From assembly GCA_041743365.1 (NCBI GenBank), contig JBGTMW010000341.1, positions 1 through 56,750 on the forward strand: a stretch of 56,750 nt of DNA, written 5' to 3'. Origin of the DNA: Gemmatimonadaceae bacterium (GTDB lineage Bacteria > Gemmatimonadota > Gemmatimonadetes > Gemmatimonadales > Gemmatimonadaceae). A model generated the notes under the pieces. The model had not been told where the DNA came from, ran no database searches, and saw only the letters and a program-made list of their open reading frames with translations. This document shows positions 16,651 to 26,043 of the stretch, in pieces; the first letter of the stretch is position 1; the number at the start of each line of letters is the position of its first letter. A program made the position numbers and the translations under genes.

Positions 16651-18195
16651 TCAGGGGTTGATCTGGATGGTCTTTGTTTCCGTGTAGAATTCGCGCGCGG
16701 CCGAACCCTGTTCTCGACTACCCGAGCTGGATCCCTTCATCCCGCCGAATGGCGCGTGAGGATCGACTCCGGTGGTGTCGCCGTTCACCCGAACCAGGCC
16801 AGCCTGGATACGGTGCACGTACCGCAGCGCCGTCGCTATGTCGCGCGTGAACAGGGACGCACTCAGACCATAAGGCGTCCGATTCGCCATGTCGATGGCG
16901 TCGTCGAGATTCCCCGCCGACAGGATGCCGAGCACCGGACCGAAGAGTTCCTTCTGAGCCAGCACATCGTCGGGACCCTGGAGGCGAATCACCAGCGGTG
17001 CAAAGTAGGATCCGCGCTCGAAGCGCTCATCAGCCGGAAGTACACCACCGAAGAGCCGTTCCGGTGCCGCGTCCGCGAGAGTGCGCTCTATCGTGCTTCG
17101 CGCCTGCCTGCTGATCAGCGGACCGACCGCCGAGGCAGGATCATCGACAGGGCCGAGCGGCAGGGCTTCGACCTGCGCGCGAAGCCGGCTCAGGAATTTC
17201 TCCTCGACATCACTGGTGACGACAATGCGGCTCGTGGCAGTGCACTTCTGCCCCGCGTAGCGCATCGCACCGCTGGCCGCGAGCTTGGCCGCCGCATCCA
17301 GGTCTGCATCCCGGTCCACGATGATGACGTTCTTCCCGCCCATTTCGGTTTGATAGCGGACATTCCGCTCCGCGCCGATTGCAGCCACGATTTTCCCGAC
17401 CGTCGATGACCCCGTGAAGCTGATCCCGTGCACCTGCTCGTTTCGCAGCAACCGCGTGCCCACCGTGGCTCCACGCCCGAGGACGACGTTGAAAACCCCC
17501 GGAGGAAGACCTGCAGCCCCGGCCGTCTCCGCAAGCAGAGAAGCGACATGCGATGCCATTTCCGACGGCTTGAGCACCACGGTGTTTCCGAACGCAATGG
17601 CAGGAGCCGCCTTCCAGAGGGGGATCGCGAGCGGGAAATTCCACGGCGTGATCAGGGCTACTACGCCCAGCGGCTCGTGCAACGTGAACTGAAGGGCGCC
17701 TGGCAGTTGTGCGGGAATCACCTCTCCGATCTGCCGTACCGCCTCGCCAGCGTAATAGCGGAGAATGACGACAGCCCGTCCCACCTCACCCCGTGCTTCG
17801 CCGATCGGCTTCCCCGCTTCCCGACTGATTGCCTTCGCGAGCTCATCCGAGCGGCCCGCTATGGTCGCCGCCCATTTGTGAAGGTGCTCTGCGCGTATCG
17901 GACCTGGCAGTCCGCGCCACGTCGCCTGCGCCTCGGCGGCGGCCGCCACCGCCTCATCGACATCTTCAGGCGTGCTGTCCGGAACACGAGCGACCGTATC
18001 GGCCGCATCCGAGGGATTGAGGTGTTCGGTCCAGTCGCTGGATGCTGCGATACGAAAGGTGCCGTTTACGAAGCTCTGCAGTACGGGCGGCGGAGACACG
18101 AGGCTGTGGCGAACTGGGGGGGAGAAGGATCGAATCACTACAATATCCGGACGCGGGATAGAGGGCAACCAACGCCACTCCGTCCTTGCCTTCAT
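16651..18195 (-). CDS. NAD(P)-dependent aldehyde dehydrogenase; candidate 2-oxoglutarate semialdehyde dehydrogenase
   Basis: ALDH motifs are FTGSSTVG, EMGGKN and the Cys context GQKCTA. The start is uncertain. ATG 18195 is preceded by GAGG, and a GTG about 30 codons downstream is an alternative. Confidence 0.85.
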   Translation of the reverse strand: MKARTEWRWLPSIPRPDIVVIRSFSPPVRHSLVSPPPVLQSFVNGTFRIAASSDWTEHLNPSDAADTVARVPDSTPEDVDEAVAAAAEAQATWRGLPGPIRAEHLHKWAATIAGRSDELAKAISREAGKPIGEARGEVGRAVVILRYYAGEAVRQIGEVIPAQLPGALQFTLHEPLGVVALITPWNFPLAIPLWKAAPAIAFGNTVVLKPSEMASHVASLLAETAGAAGLPPGVFNVVLGRGATVGTRLLRNEQVHGISFTGSSTVGKIVAAIGAERNVRYQTEMGGKNVIIVDRDADLDAAAKLAASGAMRYAGQKCTATSRIVVTSDVEEKFLSRLRAQVEALPLGPVDDPASAVGPLISRQARSTIERTLADAAPERLFGGVLPADERFERGSYFAPLVIRLQGPDDVLAQKELFGPVLGILSAGNLDDAIDMANRTPYGLSASLFTRDIATALRYVHRIQAGLVRVNGDTTGVDPHAPFGGMKGSSSGSREQGSAAREFYTETKTIQINP

Positions 18196-18268
18196 CGAGG
18201 CGACCTCACACCATCGATTATCCGCGCACCCTCGCTCCCGTGCTCCAAGCTCTCCGCGGCATCCCCTG

Positions 18269-19360
18269 ATGAAACGCCACGCGGGTCTGGTCACCAGTCT
18301 CGTCAATCCGATCCTTGCGATCGGAGCCCTTGCGGTACTTCTGTCACTGCTCCTGATCGTGACGGGCCATGAGCCTGTTCGTGCACTCGGTGCCTTCTGG
18401 CGCGGGACGCTCGGATCGGGCTACGCCTTTGCGTCCGCTACGCTCGTACGAGCCATACCGCTGATACTCGCGGGTCTTGCCGTAGGGTTGGCCTTTCGGG
18501 CCGGGGTCTGGAACATCGGCGCAGATGGCCAGCTCCTCGCCGGGGCTGCGATGGCAACAACGGTCGGGCTTCACTGGGGCAGTGAGCTCGGCATGTTCGT
18601 TCTTCTTCCGGCGCTGCTGGCCGGTGCGCTGGGCGGAGCGTTCCTGGCCGGGCTGGCAGGCCTGCTGCGTGCGCGATTCTCCGTCCTGGAGATCATCAGC
18701 ACGATCATGCTCAATTTCGTGGCGCTGCATCTGGTAGGCTTCCTGGTACGTGGGCCACTTCAGGAGCCGACCGGGATCTATCCACAGTCGTCGACTCTTC
18801 CTGTCTCCTCACACCTCCCGATTCTCATACCGGGAACGCGGCTCCACTCGGGAGTTCTGATCGCCGTTCTGGCGTGCGTGGCCGTCTGGGTTGCCCTTCG
18901 CCACACGGAGATCGGGTTTCGCATACGCGCCGTCGGTGCCAATCCCGTAGCGGCTCGGAGTGCCGGTGGGATTGATGTGGTAGCGACGACGTTCGGTGTC
19001 TTCATCGCCAGTGGGGCGCTGGCCGGGTTGGCAGGCGCAATTGAAGTGCTGGGCGTGACCTACGCACTCTATGAGAGCCTGTCCCCGGGCTACGGCTATA
19101 CGGCCATTGCGGTTGCACTTCTTGCACGGCTGAACCCACTGGGGATTCTCTTTACCGGCACCCTGCTTGGCGCGCTCGAGGCAGGTGGGGCCGCCATGCA
19201 GCGCGATGCCGGAGTGCCGTCAGTGCTGGTGTCGATCGTCGAAGCCATCCTGATCCTCGCAATGGTTGCCATTGCGTCGCGATCGGTAGTGCGAGGCCGG
19301 TTGGCGAGAGGCTCGACCACTCCCATCGATGCTGGACCACCCGCGGCACTGACTTCGTGA
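18269..19360 (+). CDS. ABC transporter permease (BMP/nucleoside-sugar type)
   Basis: I moved the start to MKRHAGLVTSLVNPILAIG. The protein is polytopic with the segment NIGADGQLLAGA. Confidence 0.85.
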   Translation: MKRHAGLVTSLVNPILAIGALAVLLSLLLIVTGHEPVRALGAFWRGTLGSGYAFASATLVRAIPLILAGLAVGLAFRAGVWNIGADGQLLAGAAMATTVGLHWGSELGMFVLLPALLAGALGGAFLAGLAGLLRARFSVLEIISTIMLNFVALHLVGFLVRGPLQEPTGIYPQSSTLPVSSHLPILIPGTRLHSGVLIAVLACVAVWVALRHTEIGFRIRAVGANPVAARSAGGIDVVATTFGVFIASGALAGLAGAIEVLGVTYALYESLSPGYGYTAIAVALLARLNPLGILFTGTLLGALEAGGAAMQRDAGVPSVLVSIVEAILILAMVAIASRSVVRGRLARGSTTPIDAGPPAALTS

Positions 19361-20277
19361 ACGATACCTTCCCCCTGTTTCTCGAGGCGTCGGTGCGGAC
19401 CGCTACCCCGCTCGCGCTGGCTGCGCTCGGAGAGGTCCTCGTAGAGCGTTCCGGTGTCATCAACATCGGTCTCGAAGGAGCGATCATCGCGGGTGCGTTC
19501 GGTGCGCTCGTGGGGGCTGGAAGCGGAAGTGTGGCACTCGGCCTAGCTGGAGCGGCCACTGCCGGGGCAGTCATTGGAGCGGTGAGCGGTGGATTCATAG
19601 CGCTGCGGCGCGCCGACCAGATCGTGACGGGCACCGCCATTACCCTCCTCGGGCTCGGAACGACCGGCCTTCTTTATCGAACCATGTACGGGTCGACGGG
19701 AGCAGGCCTCTCCATTCCCACGCTTCTTCCGATTCGCGTCCCCGCCCTGTCGAGCATTCCATGGTTCGGCCCGGCCCTGTTCGCTCAGCCGCTGACCACC
19801 TATTTGGCGTATCTCCTGTTCCCTTTGCTCTGGCTGGTCCTCTTTCGTACTCATCTCGGGTTGGCAGTTCGCGCCTGCGGAGAGAATCCGGCAGCCGCCG
19901 TTGCAGCTGGAATAGACGTCCGATGGACTCAATTCATGTGTCTGGTGGTCGGGGGTCTTTTTGGCGGTCTGGCAGGAGGTGCTCTGGTTCTCGCACAATC
20001 CGGAACCTTTATTGAAGGGATGTCAGCCGGCCGAGGGTTTATCGCGATCGCCATTGTGGTGCTGGGACGATGGCACCCACTGGGCGCCGTGATCGCCGCT
20101 GTACTCTTCGGCTCGGCGATGGCACTGCAGTATCTCGTCCAGGCAATGGGCTGGAGCATTTCATACCAGCTCGTTCTGGCGATCCCGTATGCTCTGACGC
20201 TTCTCGCGCTGGCTGGTTTTGCCGGGCGAGTCACGGCGCCGGCAGCGCTCGGACGCATGGACTCCAGAGATTCCTGA
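19357..20277 (+). CDS. ABC transporter permease (second subunit)
   Basis: GTGA overlap with the first permease. The protein is polytopic with the segment INIGLEGAIIAGAF. Confidence 0.85.
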   Translation: MNDTFPLFLEASVRTATPLALAALGEVLVERSGVINIGLEGAIIAGAFGALVGAGSGSVALGLAGAATAGAVIGAVSGGFIALRRADQIVTGTAITLLGLGTTGLLYRTMYGSTGAGLSIPTLLPIRVPALSSIPWFGPALFAQPLTTYLAYLLFPLLWLVLFRTHLGLAVRACGENPAAAVAAGIDVRWTQFMCLVVGGLFGGLAGGALVLAQSGTFIEGMSAGRGFIAIAIVVLGRWHPLGAVIAAVLFGSAMALQYLVQAMGWSISYQLVLAIPYALTLLALAGFAGRVTAPAALGRMDSRDS

Positions 20278-20819
20278 TGCGATCCCTCGATCTGCGTCGG
20301 GAGCCGAGCGTGCGTCAGGTCGAGGCCATTCTTCGAAACCTCGATCAGCAGTTGACGACCCGTGGAGCAACCGTTGACCGTGCCGGTGCGGTTGGTGGAC
20401 TGCGATTCCGGATGCCACGGCCCTGGAAGGCCCCTCGGCTCGGCATTCTCCTCTTCATCACGTCCGGCCGTGTAGTCGTTACCGCCGGGTCAGGAGGCCC
20501 CTGGCGAGTCCGCTACGGACTCGATTTCTCGATGCTTCGCGCCGTGGTCATCGCACTGAGCGTCGGCCTCATCGCCATTGGGCTGGCCTGGCCAAGGGCG
20601 AACCTGATCAACGCACTCCTCATGTTGTGGCTCGTTGTCTATGGAGTCCCTCATCTGGTGGCGTCAGCACGTTTTCGACGTGTTATCCGCACGAGTGCGT
20701 CCGACATCGTCGAGCGAAGAAAAGTGCCCCGGAATTCCGGGAGCCAGCCCGAGGTAACAGATCCTCCATCCGAAGCCGGGCCGCCTTCGGACGGCATGGA
20801 AATCCGTCCGATCGAGTGA
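20277..20819 (+). CDS. hypothetical membrane protein
   Basis: The start ATG shares one nt with the permease stop (TGATG). It has two or three hydrophobic helices and a Pro/Ser-rich tail. I recognise no family. Confidence 0.4.
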   Translation: MRSLDLRREPSVRQVEAILRNLDQQLTTRGATVDRAGAVGGLRFRMPRPWKAPRLGILLFITSGRVVVTAGSGGPWRVRYGLDFSMLRAVVIALSVGLIAIGLAWPRANLINALLMLWLVVYGVPHLVASARFRRVIRTSASDIVERRKVPRNSGSQPEVTDPPSEAGPPSDGMEIRPIE

Positions 20820-21682
20820 TTTTCCTGATACTCGGTATGCTGGTGCTGGCGACGGCCCTCGGGCTGCACGCCATACTGGTCGCGCCGGTCAGTTTGCGAA
20901 CCACGGTGATCGATGTTCCCCTCCACGGGCTTTCGCCCGAGTTCGAGGGGTACGTCCTCTCCGTTCTGGCCGACATCCACCATCGAGAGCCAGGCGGGTC
21001 GGGTCATCTCCGGAGAATCGTGGCTGCTTCGAACGCCGCGAACCCCGATGTCGTCGTCCTTCTGGGCGATTACGGAATATCGTTCCGGCGCAATCGGCGA
21101 CTGTCGGCCATCGCATATCGGCGGGCATTGCCTGTACTGGGCACGTACCTCTCGACCCTGCAGTCCCGTGATGGACTGATAGCCGTGCTCGGCAATCACG
21201 ATCATTACTACGACGCAGACTGCGTCGTCGAATGGCTCGGGGGGATCGGGGCAAGGACGCTCGTCAACGATCACGTCGTGATCCGGCGCGAAGGCACTTC
21301 ACTTGTCATGAGCGGCGTTGGCGATGCAGACGAGGGCCAGGTGGACCCGCTGGCAGGGGTGCGCAACAAGCCGGCCGATGCGCCCCTCATCGTGCTCTCG
21401 CACAATCCGGACGCCGTGTTATCACTCTCGGCAGAAGCCGGAATCGGACTCGTCGTATCCGGGCACACTCACGGCGGTCAGGTCGTGTTTCCGGGTTACG
21501 GTGCCCCGATCACCCGCTCGAGGATTTGCGGCAGGCAGACCGCCAGTGGCTGGGTGCCGAATGCAACGGCGCCACTCTATGTCACTACGGGCGCCGGATC
21601 ACAGATTCCCATCCGCTTCCGCTGCCCACCGGAGGTGCTGATCATCAGGCTTCGGCTGAAGCGCGATCAGCAGCCTGCATAG
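20816..21682 (+). CDS. membrane-anchored metallophosphoesterase (calcineurin-like)
   Basis: I moved the start to GTG 20816 (GTGA overlap). Motifs are LADIHH, LLGDY, GNHD and GHTHGG. Confidence 0.8.
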   Translation: MIFLILGMLVLATALGLHAILVAPVSLRTTVIDVPLHGLSPEFEGYVLSVLADIHHREPGGSGHLRRIVAASNAANPDVVVLLGDYGISFRRNRRLSAIAYRRALPVLGTYLSTLQSRDGLIAVLGNHDHYYDADCVVEWLGGIGARTLVNDHVVIRREGTSLVMSGVGDADEGQVDPLAGVRNKPADAPLIVLSHNPDAVLSLSAEAGIGLVVSGHTHGGQVVFPGYGAPITRSRICGRQTASGWVPNATAPLYVTTGAGSQIPIRFRCPPEVLIIRLRLKRDQQPA

Positions 21683-22605
21683 GCACTGCTCCACGAAATT
21701 CGCCAAACGCCATCACGAGCACGGGTCAGGAGGGAGTAGGCACTGCCGTTGCCGTAATCGCGGATGAGAACTATCGCCGGCGTTTCTCCACCAAGCATGA
21801 CCGCCGCAAGGACATCGGTAGTCTCGATGGTTTCCTCCTGGCCGGAAACACGCTCGTAGTAGACGGGAACCCAGCGACCAGCCGAGGTGGAGTCCGAGCG
21901 CTCCGCCATGAGCAGCAGTTGTTCCTCCAGCGGATTCGCCTCCTGGTTGAGACGACGCGTGACACTCGCGACAAGCACACGAGTCTGCGGCCCTATGTTG
22001 AAGCGTCGGACCTGGCGGACAAAGAATGGAATTCCGCGAAAGGCCGCCGCGGTATCGTCCGGGATGAGAGACGCCATGCGCGCCACATCGACCGTGAGCC
22101 TCGTGGAATCCGCCCTGGTGAAGCTCTCGATGGAATCCAGGGGGATTGGCCGCACGTGATTGGCAGCGAATGCGATCATCCACACGCTGTTGGGAGCTGC
22201 GGAATCGACGGTGATGAGCGCATCAGGCCACGAGAGACAGCCATCACTGCGTGTCGGCCCGGCAACGGTTCGCAAACGACCCCGACCTGTCATTCCTGCC
22301 CGCGCGAAGAGGTCGACCTGCATTCCGGCGAGTCCGGACGTATCGAATGTCGTAGTGTCGGTGAGTGTGCTGTCGGAGAATTCCGGGAAGACGACGCTCG
22401 CATCGCTTTGCCCACCGGACACGAACAGAACGGGACCGAGGGACGGGTTCCAGGTCGAGCCCGCTGAGGTTGGCATCGCGCTGTCACTCGCCTGTGCGAC
22501 CGCCGGCGCAGCGGAGTCGATCACTGGTTGCCGAGGCTCCTGCTCACACGCGATGATTACCGGGAGTGCGAGGGCAAGCCGCCACGCGGCTGAGGAGAAC
22601 GACAT
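21667..22605 (-). CDS. hypothetical lipoprotein
   Basis: I moved the start to MSFSSAAWRLALALPVIIAC (lipobox). Its 3' end overlaps the convergent phosphoesterase gene by 16 nt. Confidence 0.5.
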   Translation of the reverse strand: MSFSSAAWRLALALPVIIACEQEPRQPVIDSAAPAVAQASDSAMPTSAGSTWNPSLGPVLFVSGGQSDASVVFPEFSDSTLTDTTTFDTSGLAGMQVDLFARAGMTGRGRLRTVAGPTRSDGCLSWPDALITVDSAAPNSVWMIAFAANHVRPIPLDSIESFTRADSTRLTVDVARMASLIPDDTAAAFRGIPFFVRQVRRFNIGPQTRVLVASVTRRLNQEANPLEEQLLLMAERSDSTSAGRWVPVYYERVSGQEETIETTDVLAAVMLGGETPAIVLIRDYGNGSAYSLLTRARDGVWRISWSSAYAGC

Positions 22606-22609
22606 GTGG

Positions 22610-22915
22610 TTAGTCCGCGGCTGGAAGAAATCGACCGATGAGATCCCAGTGCCATGCATCGCGGCGAATGCCCGTTCTGGGATCCTTGAGCGGCTTGAAC
22701 TGCAGCCGATGGGGCGGAAGGCCAACGTGGCGTCCGTACTGAAGAAGTCGTATCCGGTCCGTTGACACCAGGTGCGCCATGGCAGTGCCTTTCCATGAAT
22801 GCCGGTGAAGCCAGAGACCGCCATCCATCGCGTGAATCATACCCTCACGACGAGATCCGAACTCGCGATACTGGAGCTCGGCCGTATCGACTGCGTCTCG
22901 CCGAGGATTACTCAC
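22610..22915 (-). CDS. small protein, DUF4031-like (start uncertain)
   Basis: The ORF exactly fills the polA-lipoprotein gap. GTG 22915 overlaps the polA stop (GTGA), and ATG 22840 is an alternative start. The segment AHLVSTD..LLQYGRHVGLPPHRLQF...WHWDL resembles the DUF4031 pattern as I recall it. Confidence 0.45.
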   Translation of the reverse strand: MSNPRRDAVDTAELQYREFGSRREGMIHAMDGGLWLHRHSWKGTAMAHLVSTDRIRLLQYGRHVGLPPHRLQFKPLKDPRTGIRRDAWHWDLIGRFLPAAD

Positions 22916-25890
22916 TCCATCTTCGTCTCTACCCAGTTGGCACCCGTACCGATATCCACGACCAGAGGCACCGAGAGGACCGCCGCACCTTCCATTTCCG
23001 CTCGCACCATGTCCTGAAGATCGCCGAGTTCCTCCGGTGGCACCTCGAAGACCAGCTCATCATGGACCTGCAGCAGCATTCGACTCCGGAATGGCCGTCG
23101 ATCCAGGCGATCGTGAATGTGGATCATGGCGATCTTGATCAGGTCAGCTGCCGAACCCTGGATTGGAGAATTGGTGGCGGTGCGTTCGCCAAACGCACGA
23201 ATGTTGAAGCTTCGGTCCCGGAGCTCCGGGATGTAGCGGCGGCGGCCGAAGATCGTCTGGACATACCCGTGCTCGCGCGCGAACTCCACCATCGAATCGA
23301 GATAACGGCGAATGCCGGAAAAGCGCTCGAAATACCGCGCGATGAACTCCCTGGCAACTGCGTGCTCGACCTTCAGTTGTCGCGACAGAGCGTGTGCACC
23401 CTGGCCGTAGATCGTCGCGAAGTTGATCGTCTTGGCGCGACCACGCATCTCGGACGTAACCTGGTCGATCGGTACATCGAATATGACCGACGCAGTCTGG
23501 CGGTGAATGTCACCTCCGGCACGAAAAGCCTCGACGAAGGCAGCGTCATCGGACAGGTGAGCGAGCAGGCGAAGTTCGATCTGCGAATAGTCGGCCGATA
23601 CCAGTTTCCATCCGCGTTGCGGGATGAAGCCGCGACGAATGTCGCGACCAAGCTCGCGTCGAATCGGAATGTTCTGGAGATTAGGATCGCTTGATGAGAG
23701 ACGCCCGGTGGTCGCGACTGTCTGGTTGAACGACGTGTGCAACCGGCCCGTCTGCGGATTGACCAGGGCCGGTAGTGCATCGAGATAAGTGTTCTCGAGC
23801 TTCGCCAGCTCCCTGTACTCCATCAGGAGGCTCGGCAGTTCATGGCCTTCATCGGCCATCCGCTGGAGCACACTCGCATCCGTTGACGGTCCTGTGGATG
23901 TTCGCTTCGTCACCGGGAGACCGAGTCGGGTGAACAGTATCTCCCGGAGCTGTGGATTGGAGTTGATGTTGAATTCAGTCCCGGCAACCGAATAGATCTG
24001 CTTTTCGACTGCTTCACGCTCGCCCTTGAATCGTGCCTTCAGCGACCGAAACCATTCGACGTCGATAGAAATCCCGATCAATTCCATCTCGGCGAGTACG
24101 GAAACCAGGGGAATCTCGACCTCCTGCAGCAACCGGGACAGCTCGTACGCCTCCAGCTGCGGCTCGAAGACGAGCCGCAGCTGGAGTGTCATGTCGGCGT
24201 CTTCGCATGCGTACTCGCGCGCAGCCTCCACCGGGCATTCATCGAAGGCGATCGCGCCCTTGCCCTTGCCACGCAGGTCCTCGAGAGACGTCATCTTGTG
24301 ATCGAGAAGCTCGAGGGCGAGGACGTCGAGTCCGTGTGACCTTCGCCCCGGATCGAGGACGTAGCTCGCCAGCATCGTGTCGAACTCCAGCCCTCCCAGC
24401 CTGACTCCAGCGCGCCGAAGCGCAAGGATATCGTGCTTGGCGTTCTGCAGGGTCTTGCCTACCGCGGAGTCCTCGAGCAGTGCGCGGAGGGGGCCCATCT
24501 CGGGCGCATCGAGCGGCGGGAGGTTTCTGACGGCCTGTGCGCCATCCCTGATCACCCTCCCGGCGATACCACCGGATTCGTTCCCCGGTTTCTTTCTTCG
24601 TTTCGCGTCGGTGGCAACGAGAGATGAGACATCGGATCGATCGCCGTTGGTGGGGTCTCCTCCCTGAACGAGCTCCCGCTCATCGGGCGCGTCGCTAGCC
24701 GACCGGTCGCCCGAGGCATCCACCAGAAAGTCGCCCTGGACAGGTCGGGCAGAGCGGTGACGAAAGGGGAAGTAGTACGCTTCTCCTGGTGCGATTGCGA
24801 TCGCGATCGAAACGAGGGTCGACCGAAGTGGATCGCCCTTCTGCGGGCTGTCCGAATCAATGATGGTCTCGGTGTCGATGGCAATCCGGGAGGCTCGTCT
24901 GGCCCTGGCGACGACCTCAAGCATGCCTTCGACCGTTTCGACCGAGAGATAGCGTGTCTCTCGAGCCGGAGTCTCTGCGGCCACTGCAGCCGGAGCCAGG
25001 ACCCCTTTTGCCAGCCCGTGAAATTCGAGCTCGATCAGGAGTTCGCGGAGCCGCTCATGGTTGGGAGAGCCCACTTTGAGATTGTCGACATTCAGCTGAA
25101 TGTCGAGATCGTCGCGAATAGTTACTAATTCCTTGGAGAGCAGCGCACGATCCGGATACTGGAGCAGTGCCTCACGCGGGCGTTTCCTGGTGAGGGAGGG
25201 CGCGTTCATGAGAATCTGTTCGAGCCCGCCGAACTCACGCACGAGATCGCGGGCTGTCTTGTCACCGATGCCGGGGACACCGGGCACGTTGTCCGAGGAG
25301 TCGCCCACGAGCGCGAGATAGTCGGTTACGTGACGGGGAGCGACGCCAAGGCGCTCTTCGGCATTCTCCGGCGAGATCCACTGCTCCTCGACGCCGGCCG
25401 GTCCTCCCCGTCCAGGGTTGAGCAACCAGACTCCAGTACGAACGAGTTGCTGAAAATCCTTGTCCCCCGAGACGATGACCACATTCAGCCCCTGCTCGAC
25501 GCCCCGTGCCGCGAGCGTTCCGATGACATCATCCGCTTCCCAACCTTCCAGTGAAAGGATCGGAATCCGATACGCGTCTAGGAGCTGACATACCCGCTCC
25601 ATTCCCCGATCGAAGTCATCCTGAAGCTCATCGGAGAGCTTCTGGCGCGTGGCCTTGTATGCCGGATACCGCTCATGCCTGAAGGAAAGCCCGGAATCAT
25701 GCACCCAGCCCAGATACTCGGGTTGGTGCGTGTCGAGCATCCGTTGGAGGAAGTTCGCGATTCCCCAGGCGGCCGAGGTGTTCTCGCCGCGACTCGTCGT
25801 CAGTGGCCGCGATATCAGGGCGAAGAACGCGCGATAGATCAGCGCGTAGCCGTCTACGAGAAAGAGGCGAGGAGATGGTGGCGGCTGCAT
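22912..25890 (-). CDS. polA: DNA polymerase I
   Basis: The 5' nuclease domain has LVDGYALIYRAFFA and GVPGIGDKTA. The 3'-5' exonuclease motifs are IDTET, QNAKHD and YACEDAD. The polymerase motifs are DYSQIELR, RRxAKTINFATIYG and LQVHDELVFE. Confidence 0.95.
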   Translation of the reverse strand: MQPPPSPRLFLVDGYALIYRAFFALISRPLTTSRGENTSAAWGIANFLQRMLDTHQPEYLGWVHDSGLSFRHERYPAYKATRQKLSDELQDDFDRGMERVCQLLDAYRIPILSLEGWEADDVIGTLAARGVEQGLNVVIVSGDKDFQQLVRTGVWLLNPGRGGPAGVEEQWISPENAEERLGVAPRHVTDYLALVGDSSDNVPGVPGIGDKTARDLVREFGGLEQILMNAPSLTRKRPREALLQYPDRALLSKELVTIRDDLDIQLNVDNLKVGSPNHERLRELLIELEFHGLAKGVLAPAAVAAETPARETRYLSVETVEGMLEVVARARRASRIAIDTETIIDSDSPQKGDPLRSTLVSIAIAIAPGEAYYFPFRHRSARPVQGDFLVDASGDRSASDAPDERELVQGGDPTNGDRSDVSSLVATDAKRRKKPGNESGGIAGRVIRDGAQAVRNLPPLDAPEMGPLRALLEDSAVGKTLQNAKHDILALRRAGVRLGGLEFDTMLASYVLDPGRRSHGLDVLALELLDHKMTSLEDLRGKGKGAIAFDECPVEAAREYACEDADMTLQLRLVFEPQLEAYELSRLLQEVEIPLVSVLAEMELIGISIDVEWFRSLKARFKGEREAVEKQIYSVAGTEFNINSNPQLREILFTRLGLPVTKRTSTGPSTDASVLQRMADEGHELPSLLMEYRELAKLENTYLDALPALVNPQTGRLHTSFNQTVATTGRLSSSDPNLQNIPIRRELGRDIRRGFIPQRGWKLVSADYSQIELRLLAHLSDDAAFVEAFRAGGDIHRQTASVIFDVPIDQVTSEMRGRAKTINFATIYGQGAHALSRQLKVEHAVAREFIARYFERFSGIRRYLDSMVEFAREHGYVQTIFGRRRYIPELRDRSFNIRAFGERTATNSPIQGSAADLIKIAMIHIHDRLDRRPFRSRMLLQVHDELVFEVPPEELGDLQDMVRAEMEGAAVLSVPLVVDIGTGANWVETKME

Positions 25891-25987
25891 CTCCGAATAT
25901 TGGCGGGGCGGTGCACGAATGACCAGACAATCACCGACCCCGCGCTTCGATGTCCTGAAGGTCCGGATGATCGGACGGGATGCACAA

Positions 25988-26008
25988 CCGCCTGCCGGAG
26001 GCAGGCGG
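25988..26008 (-). terminator. possible terminator/attenuator hairpin downstream of cspA
   Basis: Perfect 9-bp stem CCGCCUGCC-NNN-GGCAGGCGG lies 36 nt after the cspA stop. Only a weak U tract (UUGUGCAU) follows. Confidence 0.35.
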
Positions 26009-26043
26009 AGGCAGGTCGAGCGGCCGACGATTGTCGATCCGAA

